From Eledone cirrhosa (lineage: Eukaryota): a stretch of DNA of 64,000 bases. The notes under the pieces are model-generated. The model was not told where the DNA came from and made no database searches. It saw only the letters and a program-made list of their open reading frames with translations. The position numbers were made by a program, and so were the translations under genes. This document shows positions 14,457 to 28,504 of the stretch, in pieces; positions within the stretch are counted from its first letter, which is position 1; each line of letters begins with the position of its first letter. Location: positions 223,014,001-223,078,000 of the forward strand of contig OZ024740.1 of assembly GCA_964016885.1 (NCBI GenBank), read 5' to 3'.

Positions 14457-15577
14457 TGCAAAATTTAAAGCTTAAAATGGTTGGAAACCAAGTAGTTGCT
14501 CGTAATCACTTAATCCGTGAGAGCAATGAGTAAAATATTCTGAAACAAGTAAATACAACGCTAATGAAAATTGATTAATGAAATACAGCAATAGAAAATG
14601 ATTAATCAGAAGACATTTTTATGAGAAATGAGTAGACATAGATATTCTTAGAAGAGTCCATAATAAAGATAATAAGATTCCATAATAAAGATCCCAGTGC
14701 TGTGAAGATATTAACATATTAGTTTATTACAAGCATCTGCTTGAACATTTATTGCACACACACTAAATATATAATGTTAAATAAAATAAAATCTCCCTAA
14801 CCATAGTTGTAATATCAATGGAGTGTTGGGTAATTTAAGCGAATATTTCAGGTATTAGATAGAATAATTTCTTTTAACAGTATATCAAATATTAAATTAA
14901 CTTCGGCATATATCAAAATAGATTGAATTTTCAATTTCAGGAAGATCAAACTTAAATGATTTTAAATTATTATACCCATGCTCCAGAATGGACATGACCA
15001 TATGACTGAACCTAGTAAAATAGAAAAGATACTGAAGAATACATGTAAACTAAATGAAATACTTGCTCTGAATTAATGTCGACAACAATGTAGATAGTAT
15101 TCAATTAGACTTGTGAGATCTCAGAAAAACCCACAAGTCCTGGTGCTATTAAAAACATTTCACTGTTAGCTGTTGTAATATTTTGAGTGGATAGACAATT
15201 CTACAATTCAAACTGTAATATCAAAATCCAAAAGATGCAAAATATGAAGAATTTCTTACCTTTCTCTGAAATCACAAACTCAGGGGAAAAATAGTACCAT
15301 GCAAAATAAAATACCTCGTAGCAAAATAAAATACTTAGTAGCAACGAATGAATTGAGAAGTTTGGAGAGAGTGAGAGAGCCATATCTGTATCCCTTATAT
15401 ATATACATAGATAGATACACACACACACATAAACGCGCACGCACACACACACGTACACACACACACACAAACGTGTGTGTGTGTGTGTGCCTTGGTTTTG
15501 GTACAGAAAGAATTTGTCTCCAGTTTTTATTGCCAGGTCAAAGGCTACTGCTCTTTTCAACAACGCCAAATAACAAC

Positions 15578-15657
<80 letters not shown>

Positions 15658-15660
15658 TAC

Positions 15661-15711
<51 letters not shown>

Positions 15712-15884
15712 TAAATAAATAAATACAAAGAATGTATATATATATATATTGGAATAAATGCTCTGAAATAGCGATATATATGTGAATATAGACATAGAAT
15801 ATTCGTAAATATTCTGTATGTTTATAATAAACATTTTGAAGACCTAATCGCTATAGAATAGAATACGTCACGTATTACAATTAG

Positions 15885-15973
15885 ATTCTCGATAAAAGCA
15901 AGGGAAGTAATCTACGCGTTTCATTCTTATTAGAAATCTTCAGGACTACATATCCAGTGCTTTTATCGAGAAT
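15885..15973 (-). ncRNA. Type I hammerhead ribozyme, family A unit 1; identical copies at 16195-16283, 16505-16593, 16815-16903
   Basis: Reverse complement of the 17122-17210 motif. Confidence 0.85.
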
Positions 15974-17121
15974 GACACAGCTAGAGACTTATAGAATACT
16001 TAGCTGTGTACAGGAACTGGTTTGAAAGAGCGGTTGCCGGTCCGGCAGAAATTAGAAATTGGAATAAATGCTCTGAAATAGCGATATATATGTGAATATA
16101 GACATAGAATATTCGAAAATATTCTGTATGTTTATAATAAACATTTTGAAGACCTAATCGCTATAGAATAGAATACGTCACGTATTACAATTAGATTCTC
16201 GATAAAAGCAAGGGAAGTAATCTACGCGTTTCATTCTTATTAGAAATCTTCAGGACTACATATCCAGTGCTTTTATCGAGAATGACACAGCTAGAGACTT
16301 ATAGAATACTTAGCTGTGTACAGGAACTGGTTTGAAAGAGCGGTTGCCGGTCCGGCAGAAATTAGAAATTGGAATAAATGCTCTGAAATAGCGATATATA
16401 TGTGAATATAGACATAGAATATTCGAAAATATTCTGTATGTTTATAATAAACATTTTGAAGACCTAATCGCTATAGAATAGAATACGTCACGTATTACAA
16501 TTAGATTCTCGATAAAAGCAAGGGAAGTAATCTACGCGTTTCATTCTTATTAGAAATCTTCAGGACTACATATCCAGTGCTTTTATCGAGAATGACACAG
16601 CTAGAGACTTATAGAATACTTAGCTGTGTACAGGAACTGGTTTGAAAGAGCGGTTGCCGGTCCGGCAGAAATTAGAAATTGGAATAAATGCTCTGAAATA
16701 GCGATATATATGTGAATATAGACATAGAATATTCGAAAATATTCTGTATGTTTATAATAAACATTTTGAAGACCTAATCGCTATAGAATAGAATACGTCA
16801 CGTATTACAATTAGATTCTCGATAAAAGCAAGGGAAGTAATCTACGCGTTTCATTCTTATTAGAAATCTTCAGGACTACATATCCAGTGCTTTTATCGAG
16901 AATGACACAGCTAGAGACTTATAGAATACTTAGCTGTGTACAGTAACTGGTTTGAAAGAGCGGTTGCCGGTCCGGCAGAAATTAGAAATTGGAATAAATG
17001 CTCTGAAATAGCGATATATATGTGAATATAGACATAGAATATTCGAAAATATTCTGTATGTTTATAATAAACATTTTGAAGACCTAATCGCTATAGGTCT
17101 CTATAAGTCTCTAGCTGTGTC

Positions 17122-17210
17122 ATTCTCGATAAAAGCACTGGATATGTAGTCCTGAAGATTTCTAATAAGAATGAAACGCGTAGATTACTTCCCTTGCTTT
17201 TATCGAGAAT
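17122..17210 (+). ncRNA. Type I hammerhead ribozyme, family A; second + copy at 17432-17520
   Basis: ATTCTCGATAAAAGCA-ctggatat-GTAGTC-CTGAAGA(17152)-TTTCT AATA AGAAT-GAAA(17173)-CGCG-TA^GATTAC-ttccct-TGCTTTTATCGAGAAT. The 16-bp distal stem is perfect. Predicted cleavage is after 17182. Confidence 0.88.
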
Positions 17211-17620
17211 CTAATTGTAATACGTGACGTATTCTATTCTATAGCGATTAGGTCTTCAAAATGTTTATTATAAACATACAGAATATTTTCGAATATTCTA
17301 TGTCTATATTCACATATATATCGCTATTTCAGAGCATTTATTCCAATTTCTAATTTCTGCCGGACCGGCAACCGCTCTTTCAAACCAGTTCCTGTACACA
17401 GCTAAGTATTCTATAAGTCTCTAGCTGTGTCATTCTCGATAAAAGCACTGGATATGTAGTCCTGAAGATTTCTAATAAGAATGAAACGCGTAGATTACTT
17501 CCCTTGCTTTTATCGAGAATCTAATTGTAATACGTGACGTGTTCTATTCTATAGCGATTAGGTCTTCAAAATGTTTATTATAAACATACAGAATATTTTC
17601 GAATATTCTATGTCTATATT

Positions 17621-17658
<38 letters not shown>

Positions 17659-17661
<3 letters not shown>

Positions 17662-17920
17662 AAAGGATATGGTATACCATTTTAAAACGTCCGTCGAGCT
17701 GCCGATTATTGAGTCGGTTAAGATCGATACAGATCGAACCTTGAGCTGATCAGTGGCGAAACGCGCGTCATCTACCAATAAATGTAATGAAGGAGTAACC
17801 AATCGTCCTTGTTATCCTTTCAATATATTACACTCTCTATAGCTCTACACCTCAACACAGAAGTGAACCTAAACATCGAGTGCTCACCAGGGTGAACCTG
17901 CCGTAACTCCAAGTTACACT

Positions 17921-17923
<3 letters not shown>
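17659..17923 (+). mobile_element. Solo pLTR-like piece with degenerate hammerhead
   Basis: CCGTCGA-GCTGCCGATTA...TGATCAGTGGC-GAAA-CGCGCG-TC then AATAAA. Lies between (TA)n tracts. Confidence 0.5.
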
Positions 17924-17993
<70 letters not shown>

Positions 17994-18118
17994 AAGAGAA
18001 AGAGGGAAGGACAGAGAGAGTAAGAAATGTGTGTTTGTGTTTAGTACACGTCTATCTATCTATCTATCTGTCTATCTCCAACAGGGGGCTCAAACATGGT
18101 AGACCAGAGTGAAAAAAG

Positions 18119-18165
<47 letters not shown>

Positions 18166-18173
18166 ATTATATA

Positions 18174-18204
<31 letters not shown>

Positions 18205-18217
18205 TATGTATATATAT

Positions 18218-19095
18218 ATCCTTACACACTTAAATATAAATGCACGTATATATACAAATGTATAAATGCATAGCTATATACATACGTAAATCTATGTATG
18301 TATGTACATTTATATATATATATATATATATATATGTTCCAAGGTTCTGATACCATCAACACCATAAACACAGAGCTGGCATATCTAAGAACTGACTAAC
18401 TGCCTGATGAGGTCATAGCCATTCAATTGCAATCATCGAAATATATATAGCAGTAAATAAAATATTATGAGTTCATGCAATTGACTTATGTTTCGTCACT
18501 ATTTTAACTCCGGAACTTATGTCTTCGTTGAGTGCTCCCTATCCGCATACTGAAGTACTGGATTTTACCAACACTTACTTTCTTGCTTATATATATACAT
18601 ATATATATATATATATTAGTAAAAGGAAAAGAAAATGCTGACAAATTTTTCCCAGTGAAAAATAGTTTAATTAGGAATAAGTATAGATTAGTAATAAGTA
18701 TTGGTTAGTATTCAGTTTTAGTTTTAATTTTTTACCGATTGCGCATTTCTAATGCTTTTCAAAAATAATTTTGAGATAGAGCGCTCGTGATGTTTGCTCT
18801 AATATGATCAGTTTTGGAAATTCTTCCTGTTTTATGTGAAAAAAGTGACTCCAGAGGTATCAAGATTTGGTTGGTTGTTGAATGTCACGTGAATGAGTAC
18901 TATAAATTTCGCGCCAATTCGTGTTGCAGAAATTCTTGTGGTCAAAACAATTTATATATATATATATATATATACATATACACATATATATGTACACATA
19001 TATATATATATACATACATACATTTACGTATGTATATAGCTATGCATTTATACATTTGTATATATACGTGCATTTATATTTAAGTGTGTAAGGAT
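18218..19095. repeat. Inverted repeat pair (18218-18290 / 19022-19095) enclosing nested insertions
   Basis: ATCCTTACACACTTAAATATAAATGCACG... and its reverse complement. Confidence 0.75.
18399..18454 (+). ncRNA. Type I hammerhead in solo pLTR (18336-18588)
   Basis: ACTGC-CTGATGA(18404)-GGT...ATC-GAAA(18438)-TATATA-TA-GCAGT. Same stem I and stem III as the 50819 hammerhead. Confidence 0.8.
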
Positions 19096-19203
19096 GTTGA
19101 CATGATTATTTATGGGTTTTTTGGGGGTACGGTGAAAAATTCTGTCTACAGAATTTAATTCCCTAGGGAGATTAAATACCACAGCTCTGGTTGAAAGCTG
19201 ACC

Positions 19204-19691
19204 AGGTTCTCAACCTCATCCAGCACTAACGCAGGCCTGTGTGTGTATATATATGTGTGTGTGTGTGGTGTGTGTGTGTGTGTGTATGTATGTACGTATG
19301 CATGTGTGTGTATGTTCGTATGTATGTATATGTATAGACCCACACCTTTCATCACCATTGCTTCTTTTTGTTGTCATTTCTGTTGAAGTTTTTCTTGTAA
19401 CTATTGTCAAAGTTGATGTTCTTATGCTCATCTTCTTTGATTTCTTTTGTTTTTCTTTTATCTCCCTAGGGAATTCGTTGACAAGTTTCTTTTATTTATT
19501 TTCTTCGTTTTCTTCATTCAAATGCATTCACACTAGCTGTCTAAGGGACGTACAAATATGACTTATAAAACTTACCAAACTTAATGGGCTTCCAGCCCCC
19601 CCCCCCCCCCCCCCCCCAGCTTCAAACGGCCCCCAAACGCTTGCTGCAAAACGCTCCCCTGGAGCTCAGAAACCCCCCCCGTTGAGAACCT
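19204..19691. mobile_element. Probable hAT-type MITE remnant
   Basis: Terminal inverted AGGTTCTCAAC / GTTGAGAACCT, resembling the MITE at 31217. Confidence 0.4.
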
Positions 19692-20409
19692 TTACTCTAA
19701 ACCATCCAGGAGGAGAGCAACTCTGAAAATTAACTAACAAAGCCTCGGATAAACCATCTAATACATGCTGGCATGGAAAACAGACAAAATGATGATAATG
19801 AGTTAAGAAGGTCCCAACATATTTAGTGTAGTGAGCTGATCATTTTTTAATGAACCAAAATGAAATCAATATTGAGGAGAGAAAAATAGTTAAACAATGA
19901 AAAGCTGGGTAAAAAACTGAAACTTTAAATGTATTAAAAACTGCATATGACTTGGGAGTGACATTGTTCTTCATAAAGACTTTAAGAGAATATATATATA
20001 TATAATCATCACCGTTTAATCTCCCTTTTTCCATGCTAGAATGGGTTAGACGAATTGTCCTGTTGTAAGCAATGTCAGGGCAGGTGACAATGACTTGCTC
20101 ATACAGAACTGATTCTGGCTTGGTTTCTACAGCTGGATGCCCTTCCTAATGCCAACCTCATTTACAATGAGTACTGGGTGCTGTTTGTCATGACACCTAC
20201 ACGACCACTTTACAGTGTGGGGTGGGTGTTTTTTGTTGTGACACCTACACAACTACTTTACAGTGTGGCTGGATGCTTTTGCCATGTTGCCATCATGACC
20301 AGCTTATTCTGTGGGTTGGGAGCTTTTTGTCATGTTGCCATTATGATCAATTTACGGTGTGGGCTGGAGGTTTCACTATATGTCTCCCCCTCTCTCTGTG
20401 TATATATAC

Positions 20410-20457
<48 letters not shown>

Positions 20458-23400
20458 TGTAATATGTATGTCATAAGAGGTGTTTAGAAAGGTTGATGGT
20501 AAAAATCTTGCTTAAGAAAGGGCTCCCATGATGAGCATGTAACCTTTTATGGGTGGGGGAGTGTTGCAAGGCTAACTATGGCTTTAACAAGGAAAATTAC
20601 ATTAAAATGCTTGTGTTTAAAGTGAAAACTAATTGAGATATTTTCAAAGATAACACTAAACCCATCCACACCAGATGCAGCCAAAACAGGTTTTATTTTA
20701 TGTAATATATTGTGTGCTACTATTTTTAATCCAAGAATATAGTTTTGTTGAAAAAGTATATACAGAAGTATATTCTAATTTATGTAACATAACTGTTTGT
20801 GAAAGAACTTTCTGAGCATCTCTTTGCTTAGCTGAATGTTAAGGATGATGGTTCAATAACTTTGAAAGAATACAGAACGGTATCTTAGAAACACTTTTTC
20901 TTTAATGGTTTATATGAATAATTCCAATAATTCTAACAGAATAATGTCTGGATGTTGAGGTCACTGGACTACATGAATTCAAGTCAAAGCCATGCATTTA
21001 ACCAAGCCCAACAGGCAATGCTACTGAAAATAAACCACCTTTTGTACTTTCCTTTCATAAATTATCTTTTCTAACAGATTATAGAAAATCTAAACCATGC
21101 TGGCATGAAACAATAAATAATATATAATAAAACGAAGCAAAAATGAATTTCAACAATATTCCATCTTTCTCTCTGATGAACAACCAAAGAAAAAAAAAAA
21201 CCTCCCCATTTGTAAACAAAATTTTATTTTATTTCTAAGTGCAGAAATGTTTACCTCTCACTACAACAAATTCTTGCTAAATTACACAAAACTTTCACTA
21301 CATAAATCAGCCTTGTTTTGAAACAACAAAAAGAAGACAGAAGCTCTTTCTCTCTCATGCACTTTTCTTCTTTTTTTTATTGAATATATGTTATATACAC
21401 GTTGTAAGCAACAGCATGAAAACACAGTTTATTAAGAACATTGAATAATAAATAGTCTGGAGCATAGAATTGTTTTTCCTGATGATTCACAAATGTCCAT
21501 TTTGTTGTGCTTTTGTTTCATTTTATTTTTATTTTGTTATTATGATTTATGTAATATATTATTCAGTGTGATACCATTAATATTTATTTCAATATTTTAT
21601 TTTTATTTGTACTGCATAGACATTAGATTAATTTCACAAGTCCTTCGGAAATTGAAAACGAGATAGTAGAAACATGCACAAATATTACAAGTTTTGTTGA
21701 TAATTTTAAATAAATAAACGAATGCAAGCCATATATAGGCAAGAAAGAATTTATGTGGGAATTCTTTCATTGAATAATAATCTAATATACTATGGAATAA
21801 CAGAAAGATGTGAATATATAACTAGAAAGAAGCAAATATAAATAATGAAGACAAAACCTAAAACAAATGCTCAGAATAATTTATAAAGAATTTTTTCCCA
21901 AAATACAGAAGTGTAATCAGAAACGTGTGAATAGCAATATTTTTATTTCCATTATTTTATTGTATTTGCTTGTATTTCTTTTCTTTGTCTTTTTGAATTA
22001 AGGAAGTTGAAAACTGTGTGGTAATTAAAAAAGATGCTACAGTAAGATATGTGGGATTGAGAAAAACAACAATGCAAATTAAAAATTGAGAGGAAATTAT
22101 TCTGGAAATGTGTTGGTTTGACTAAGACAATAAAAATAGTTTATCATAGGTGCAATAAAATTATCAATAATTCCAAGAGAATACTCTTCTTACTTCAGTT
22201 TCAATAATATTAAATTCTTGTGAACTAATTTCATATGGTAATTGCAAACCTGAATTTGCATCTCATATTGCTTACTAACGACATAGAATCTAAATGAAAG
22301 CAATGATATTAACTAGTTAAATAGATACATGAATACTGAAAGAGATGCACTCATATACACACACAAATATATGAACATAAAATATAGATTCATATATTTT
22401 CATCTTCTCATTAATTTTCTATGTTGGCATAAGGGAAATCGGTTAACAAATCTGAGTATGCATAAATGAAGCCAGGTTTTTGTATTGTTTTCCATTATAA
22501 AATATATGCTTCTGTGGATAGTTAAAAGGAACCAAATAAAAAGTTGTGTTCAACACTACAGTGCCTAAAATATAATTTTAAATATAATTGTAAATAATTC
22601 TAATTGAGTACACACATACACACATACACTGTTGGAGATGCAGGACATGGCAGCGATAATGAAGGACAGAGACCGCTGGAGAGAACTCGTCCATGGATCT
22701 CGGGAATTTTACCAGCCTTAGATATATATATATATATATATATATATCGTAAATGTTGTTGTTATTTACTTTTCCAATATATATACATACATATATGTAT
22801 GTATGTTTATGAAAGTGCCACCTATATATATGTATTAAATATATAGCCAAATGTACACACATATTCCATATATAACCAACCATTCTTCCAAGAGAATATG
22901 TGAAACAACAGCATGTGACTAATATGCTCTACCTATAAACCCTTACTTTAACATTTATGGTAAATATATATGTATGTAAAATGAAGAGCTAATTCATCTT
23001 TTGGTGTGACTTAGACATGAGTATATGAATATATATAAATGTATTTATATATGAGAACACATGAAATATAATCTTTCGATTAGCTTTTGTTACATAGGAG
23101 ACCTAATTGGCAATGGGGATAGTTGTATTAGAAGTATAGTAGCCAGGAGAAAAGAAAATGGGGTGGAATAAGTTCATGTAGCTGATGCTGGTAACAAACG
23201 ATAGAGAATGTTGTATGATGCTTGTTAACGTACTACTATACTGTAATAGGGCAGCAAGATGAAGACACTAAATATAGAGGATTAGCAAGGAAAAGAAACA
23301 AATGAAACTGGCATGGTCCACTGGATGTACAACATTATCGGACATGAATGATAGAGCCAAAATGTGCTAAGAGATAAAATACTGGATATAAGAGTAATCA

Positions 23401-24172
23401 GAAGAACTATACAAGAGAGAGGACTCCACCGGTACAGGCATGTGATACCTATGGATAATAAAAACTGTATAAAGTGCTAGACACTAAAAGTGGATACAAT
23501 ATATGTGGGAGAGATACCAAGTAAGACATAACCTTTGGATTCTGGACCTAATGAAGGAATATGATGCTAGAAACCACAGCCAATCTCTTTAAACAATAGG
23601 ATTATCCTCATCATATTCAGCCTATTGGTAATCATATATCTTATAAAAACTGGATTTCTTTTCACACACGTTTTGCCATAAGCTCCCATGGTATAACAGA
23701 AAATATCAAAGTCCAATTTCCACATTTTAAATTAGGTCATATCAATCCTTAAATCTTAGATGCAGTCTATCCCATTTTTTCATAACACTAGACAACTGAG
23801 TACTTATCTTCTTTGAACATGTACAATCCACTGGAATATCACTTCTATATAGTGCCCATAACCATTTTCAAGGCTGCCAAGATGGGATGATAGGGAGAGG
23901 AAAAGGTATACATAGATCAGAGACCTGGCCCAATTGCTTGCACTAGAATAGACTACACTGAAGGCATCGAAAATTCACCTTCATGAACCATTACATCTGC
24001 AGCATACAAAATATTGTTCATAGCAGCTAGTATATATAATCATCAACACAATACCAATATGAATAATATCTTCAACAGTAATGCAACAACTACCAGCCTT
24101 CTTAGATAACTGGATGTTGTTCTAATATTCACTGAAAACAACTTTTCTTCAAAATCATAGAGATATGGCTAA

Positions 24173-24392
24173 CCCTTTAATGTTCAAATCGGCCAAAACC
24201 GGTCAGAATTCTCTACCTTTTTCTGTTGACACTGGCTGTGCCTGGTCACTCAAACTGATGTAAAGGTATTGTTCTCAAAATAAATACTTTCAGAATCTCA
24301 TAGATTCGATATTATGTGAGATAATTCTGCGAGATAAAGCCTCTACCATGAAAATATAATAGTATATATAGAGTAATGTGAATGCTAAAGGG
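24173..24392. mobile_element. piggyBac-type MITE
   Basis: TIRs CCCTTTAATGTTCA / TGAATGCTAAAGGG with a CTAA (TTAA-like) duplication on both sides. Confidence 0.65.
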
Positions 24393-25379
24393 CTAAATAT
24401 TAAATTTGCCTTGCTAGGATATGCTGTAGATAACATGGATGGATACAACATCAACAACATTTAATCGAAGAAATATAACAAAGAGAAAGGTAAAAATGAT
24501 ATCTTTAATTGTAGTTATAGAAGGAATTGAAACTATAAATCACAATTTTCTTAGAGCTACAAACTCAATAACAACCTATTTAATTGTTGTAAAATGACAA
24601 AAAAGATCCCCTGTTAGCTATATGAAAAGAATGAAGCTACTCTGGGATGAACTTCACCAAGAGCTAAATTACTCCACAGCCAATTACGCTACCAAGCAAC
24701 GTTTGTTGAACATAAAAATAACAAACATTATTCAAAACAATAATTGTTTCTACTTTAGGTACAAGGCCAGCAATTACCTTTTTTTTACCAGCAATTACAA
24801 ATAACAACACTAAATAAGCAGTCTTCTAGATTTCAACATGTGCCACAAAAGGGGCTGCCATTTTACTACATTCTCTTGTAGACGGTCTGACCATCAACAA
24901 CAATGAACAGCAATACACCAACAGTCTCTTGAAACAGCCATGCTGGTAACAAATTTGACACCACATGGTACAATGGACTTTACATCGACTGCTATATCTT
25001 GCAGCTATGATAACCATTAACGTCAAAATACCATTAATGATAATAAGTCTACAATTAACTGAGAAAGCTAAACGTATAACCAGATAAAATATAACCCCAG
25101 AGAACCTTTCCAAACAGATTAATCTGTGTATGAAACTTTCTCTTAAAAAATGAAACCAAATAATGAAATTCTGATGCTTTCAACAAAATTGGAGGTGTAT
25201 ATTTATTACAAATTAAAGCCCTTCATTTTGGCAATTTAACATCTGTCTATATGCCATAGAGATGACAGTAAAGCATTATATTCATGATAATAGAGATGTT
25301 AATAGAAACAAAACACACACAATGCCATCGTATATTTCAAAAATAGAAAAACAAATCACTGATCTATGAAAAACTATCA

Positions 25380-26690
25380 GCTGTGTGGCAGTCCTTATCA
25401 CATGTAGTCAAAAACCTAAACTTCTCACCAACAAAGAGTGAAGAATTAAATAGAAAGGATGTTTGGAGACAGTAAAACCAGGACACTTCAATACAAGTTA
25501 ATCACCATCAAACAAGGACCAAGAAAAGTCAGCAAAAAACTCAGGCATCAGAAGAGAGTGGCTGAAAGGAAAATGATTTGGATTACTTGACTGGATGCTA
25601 AATGAAATCCATGACATTGTAGTTAAAACCCGACAAGTTCTAACTGATACCCATAATTTCCACATCAACAACGATATAGATTACCTCTACCTGAAACATA
25701 AACAGGGAGGCAATGGCTTAACATCAATCCAAACAGCCTTTGGGCGATACATCATATACCTCCAACATCTACGAACCACCAAGCGTAGAAGCACATTCAT
25801 AGAACAATTCTGTCTATATGAGCCAGATATTATCATAAGAGTTGGAAAGGAGCTGCTTGACATATACTCCCTACATGATAACCAAAAACTCACATCTACG
25901 GATATTGCACATCAATACGACAATGAATCAATTTGCTTAGCAGCAAAACATCATGCATTGCTATGTTCCCAGAAAGGCTCAAAGTGAGGGTAATATAGAG
26001 AAGCAAAGTAATCTATCTTGGACCAACAAGAGGTATATTGGCTCTCACTTTGAAAGATTGGCTTTTGCAATAAAAAAACTGGAAATGACAAGAAAAAAAC
26101 TGATGCACAAAAGAGATAAATATGCAGGCAAAATACCTAGATGCAACAACAGATGCAAACTCAGTGAAATAAACATCCAAGATGTCACCTATATAATAAG
26201 CTGCTGCCCAAAGATGCCATCACGATACCATCTACCTATAAGGCAGGATATAGTGGCCAAAACTCTAGATTCTATAGAAAAATTAATCCTGAGAATAAAC
26301 AAATAAAATGTTACAGTGACATGGAAGACATATGCATAGGAAATGTGAAAGAATACTGTTGGAATGTTAGTCAAAACCCCAATAAAATGCAAACATAGCA
26401 GATCAGACATAGTGATATGAAACAGAAAGATGAAGGCATGCACTGTGGTGGAAATCAGCTGCCCAGCAGATGTCAATATATTGATAAAGATTAGCAAAAA
26501 GGAGAACATTTATGCTGATATGTACCTGTGCTCAGTGGGGCTCTGGGATATGTTACTAACTGTCTTAGTACAAATCTTGAGAAACTAGGCTTCACAGAAC
26601 AAGAAAAGACATGGCTGGGGAGAAAGTTGTAAGTACAATCAATTAATGGAACTGTAAATATATGTAAAACATTTCAGAAATTCAGCACAT
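25380..26690 (+). pseudogene. Decayed RLE-type non-LTR retrotransposon (R4/Dong- or NeSL-like) 3' part
   Basis: DIDYLYLKHKQGGNGL, CCHC remnant CKLS...IISCCPKM, RQD, RSDI, VEISCP. Confidence 0.7.
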
Positions 26691-28433
26691 AATAACAACA
26701 TAAACACATGTAAAGATACAAAAGCATATGCCATGTACACATATAACTCAAAACATACGGATCCACAAATGCAATAGAACCATACAAGAGCGCACACACA
26801 GACACACACACACACACATATGCGTATTTACTTAGTTGATGCTGTCTAAATTCCAAAGAAAGAGTCTTGTTTCTATGTGTCTGATGCTTTCACTCTATTA
26901 GGGAAAATTTATAAAATAAAACCAACAACAGAAGAACGTATATACATAATAGTCATGGTACGGACTACCTTTTTAAGAAAGAGAACTCAATACATAAGTA
27001 TGGTATGCATTCTTATTGAGATGAAACTGATCAGCATTTCAGATACATTGCATCTTATCCACCCTCATTGTATATCATCAGCAACCTCATAAGTGTATAT
27101 AAATACACACATACTCATACGTATATATGTATGTATGCATGTATTTATGTGTGTGTATTTGTGTAAGATATGAAACAGTTACACAACTTCAAGAGGTCAT
27201 TATGGTACATACATTCAACTATGATATAGAGTTAATGACAAAATTCCATTCCTAGATCTCAACAATATTTACACAGCCAGACTACACACAAAACACATCA
27301 TTCTTTCTGTTTACCTCAATAGAGCTATTTATTGTTCGCTCAAACAAAAAATTTCTGTAAGAGAAATCACACATTTGAAGATCATACTTATTATGTTCAA
27401 AACTATAACTACTCCATACACAAAGTATTAGAGTGAAGTTAACACTAGCCAATAATAGACATAATTGAGAAATAAATAGCAGCATGGTACACAATTTAAG
27501 CAAAAAATCAGTACCATAAATTTTCTGTATAAAACTCAAAATGACAGATACTTCAAATCAGCATTGTGATATGTGTTGACACAAGAAAAGACCCACCCAG
27601 AAATAAAAGCATGGCGATGTCAAATATAAATGTGAATGTGTCTTGGTGATGGATGAACAAACAGAATCGAAATAAGACAAAGAAAAGAGGATCTTTTGGC
27701 CTTTTCAAAGACCTAACAATGTCTCAAGTGCTGGTGCCGTGTTAAAATAAAACTGCTACCTTCTGTAAAGTGGTTGGCCTTAAGGAAGCGTACTCAGTTT
27801 TAGAAACATTGCTAAAATATGGAATGTACGAGTAAAACATTGTTATTTAACCATGTCTTGTCTCAGACAATAATAATCCATCCAACTTATTCCAGCTTGG
27901 AAAACGTAGGTAAAACGACGTTGATAATGTTCGATTCGACCATAGGCACAAGGCCTCAAATTTGGAGAATGGATTTTGTGGCTTATATGAACCCCATCAT
28001 TCAACTGACATTTATATTAACTTCAGAAATATGAAAGGGAAATTAGCCTTAGCAGGAATTCAACTCTAAACAAAGTATTTTGTCCATCAATCTATGAATT
28101 ATACCAGTCTAGCACCCTTGTAAAATAAAATACATTAAATGTATAGAACAAATATAAAAACCACTTACAGGATTCATATAGTTTCAAGACCTAGCAACTC
28201 ACTCACTAAAAGTTAATGATAATTCCACTGTGTGATATTTTGAGCAAGTGTTTTTTTTCCCATAGATTTTGATCAACCAATGACTTCTGAGTGACATTTT
28301 GTTGATGGTAACTAACCATTTGAGAGATTATTTGGGTTGTAAACATAAATTGTCGCCTGCTTTTTAATGTTAGGTATAGAACTTCAGATGCCCATCACCT
28401 GGGCAATGACTCACTAGTTACTACTACTACTAC

Positions 28434-28476
<43 letters not shown>

Positions 28477-28504
28477 TGCAAATAATAATAATAATAATAA
28501 CTGC

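Larger units (their letters stand above)
15748..17630. mobile_element. 310-bp tandem array (retrozyme-like family A): 4.3 direct units plus ~1.7 inverted units
   Basis: GGAATAAATG recurs at 15751, 16061, 16371, 16681 and 16991. Inversion at ~17097-17100. Units are nearly identical, each with one hammerhead. (TA)n flanks. Confidence 0.9.

Noticed and set aside
15748-17630. CRISPR-like array or protein-coding repeat
   Set aside because: Whole 310-bp units repeat with no unique spacers, no cas genes and no ORF; the context is eukaryotic.
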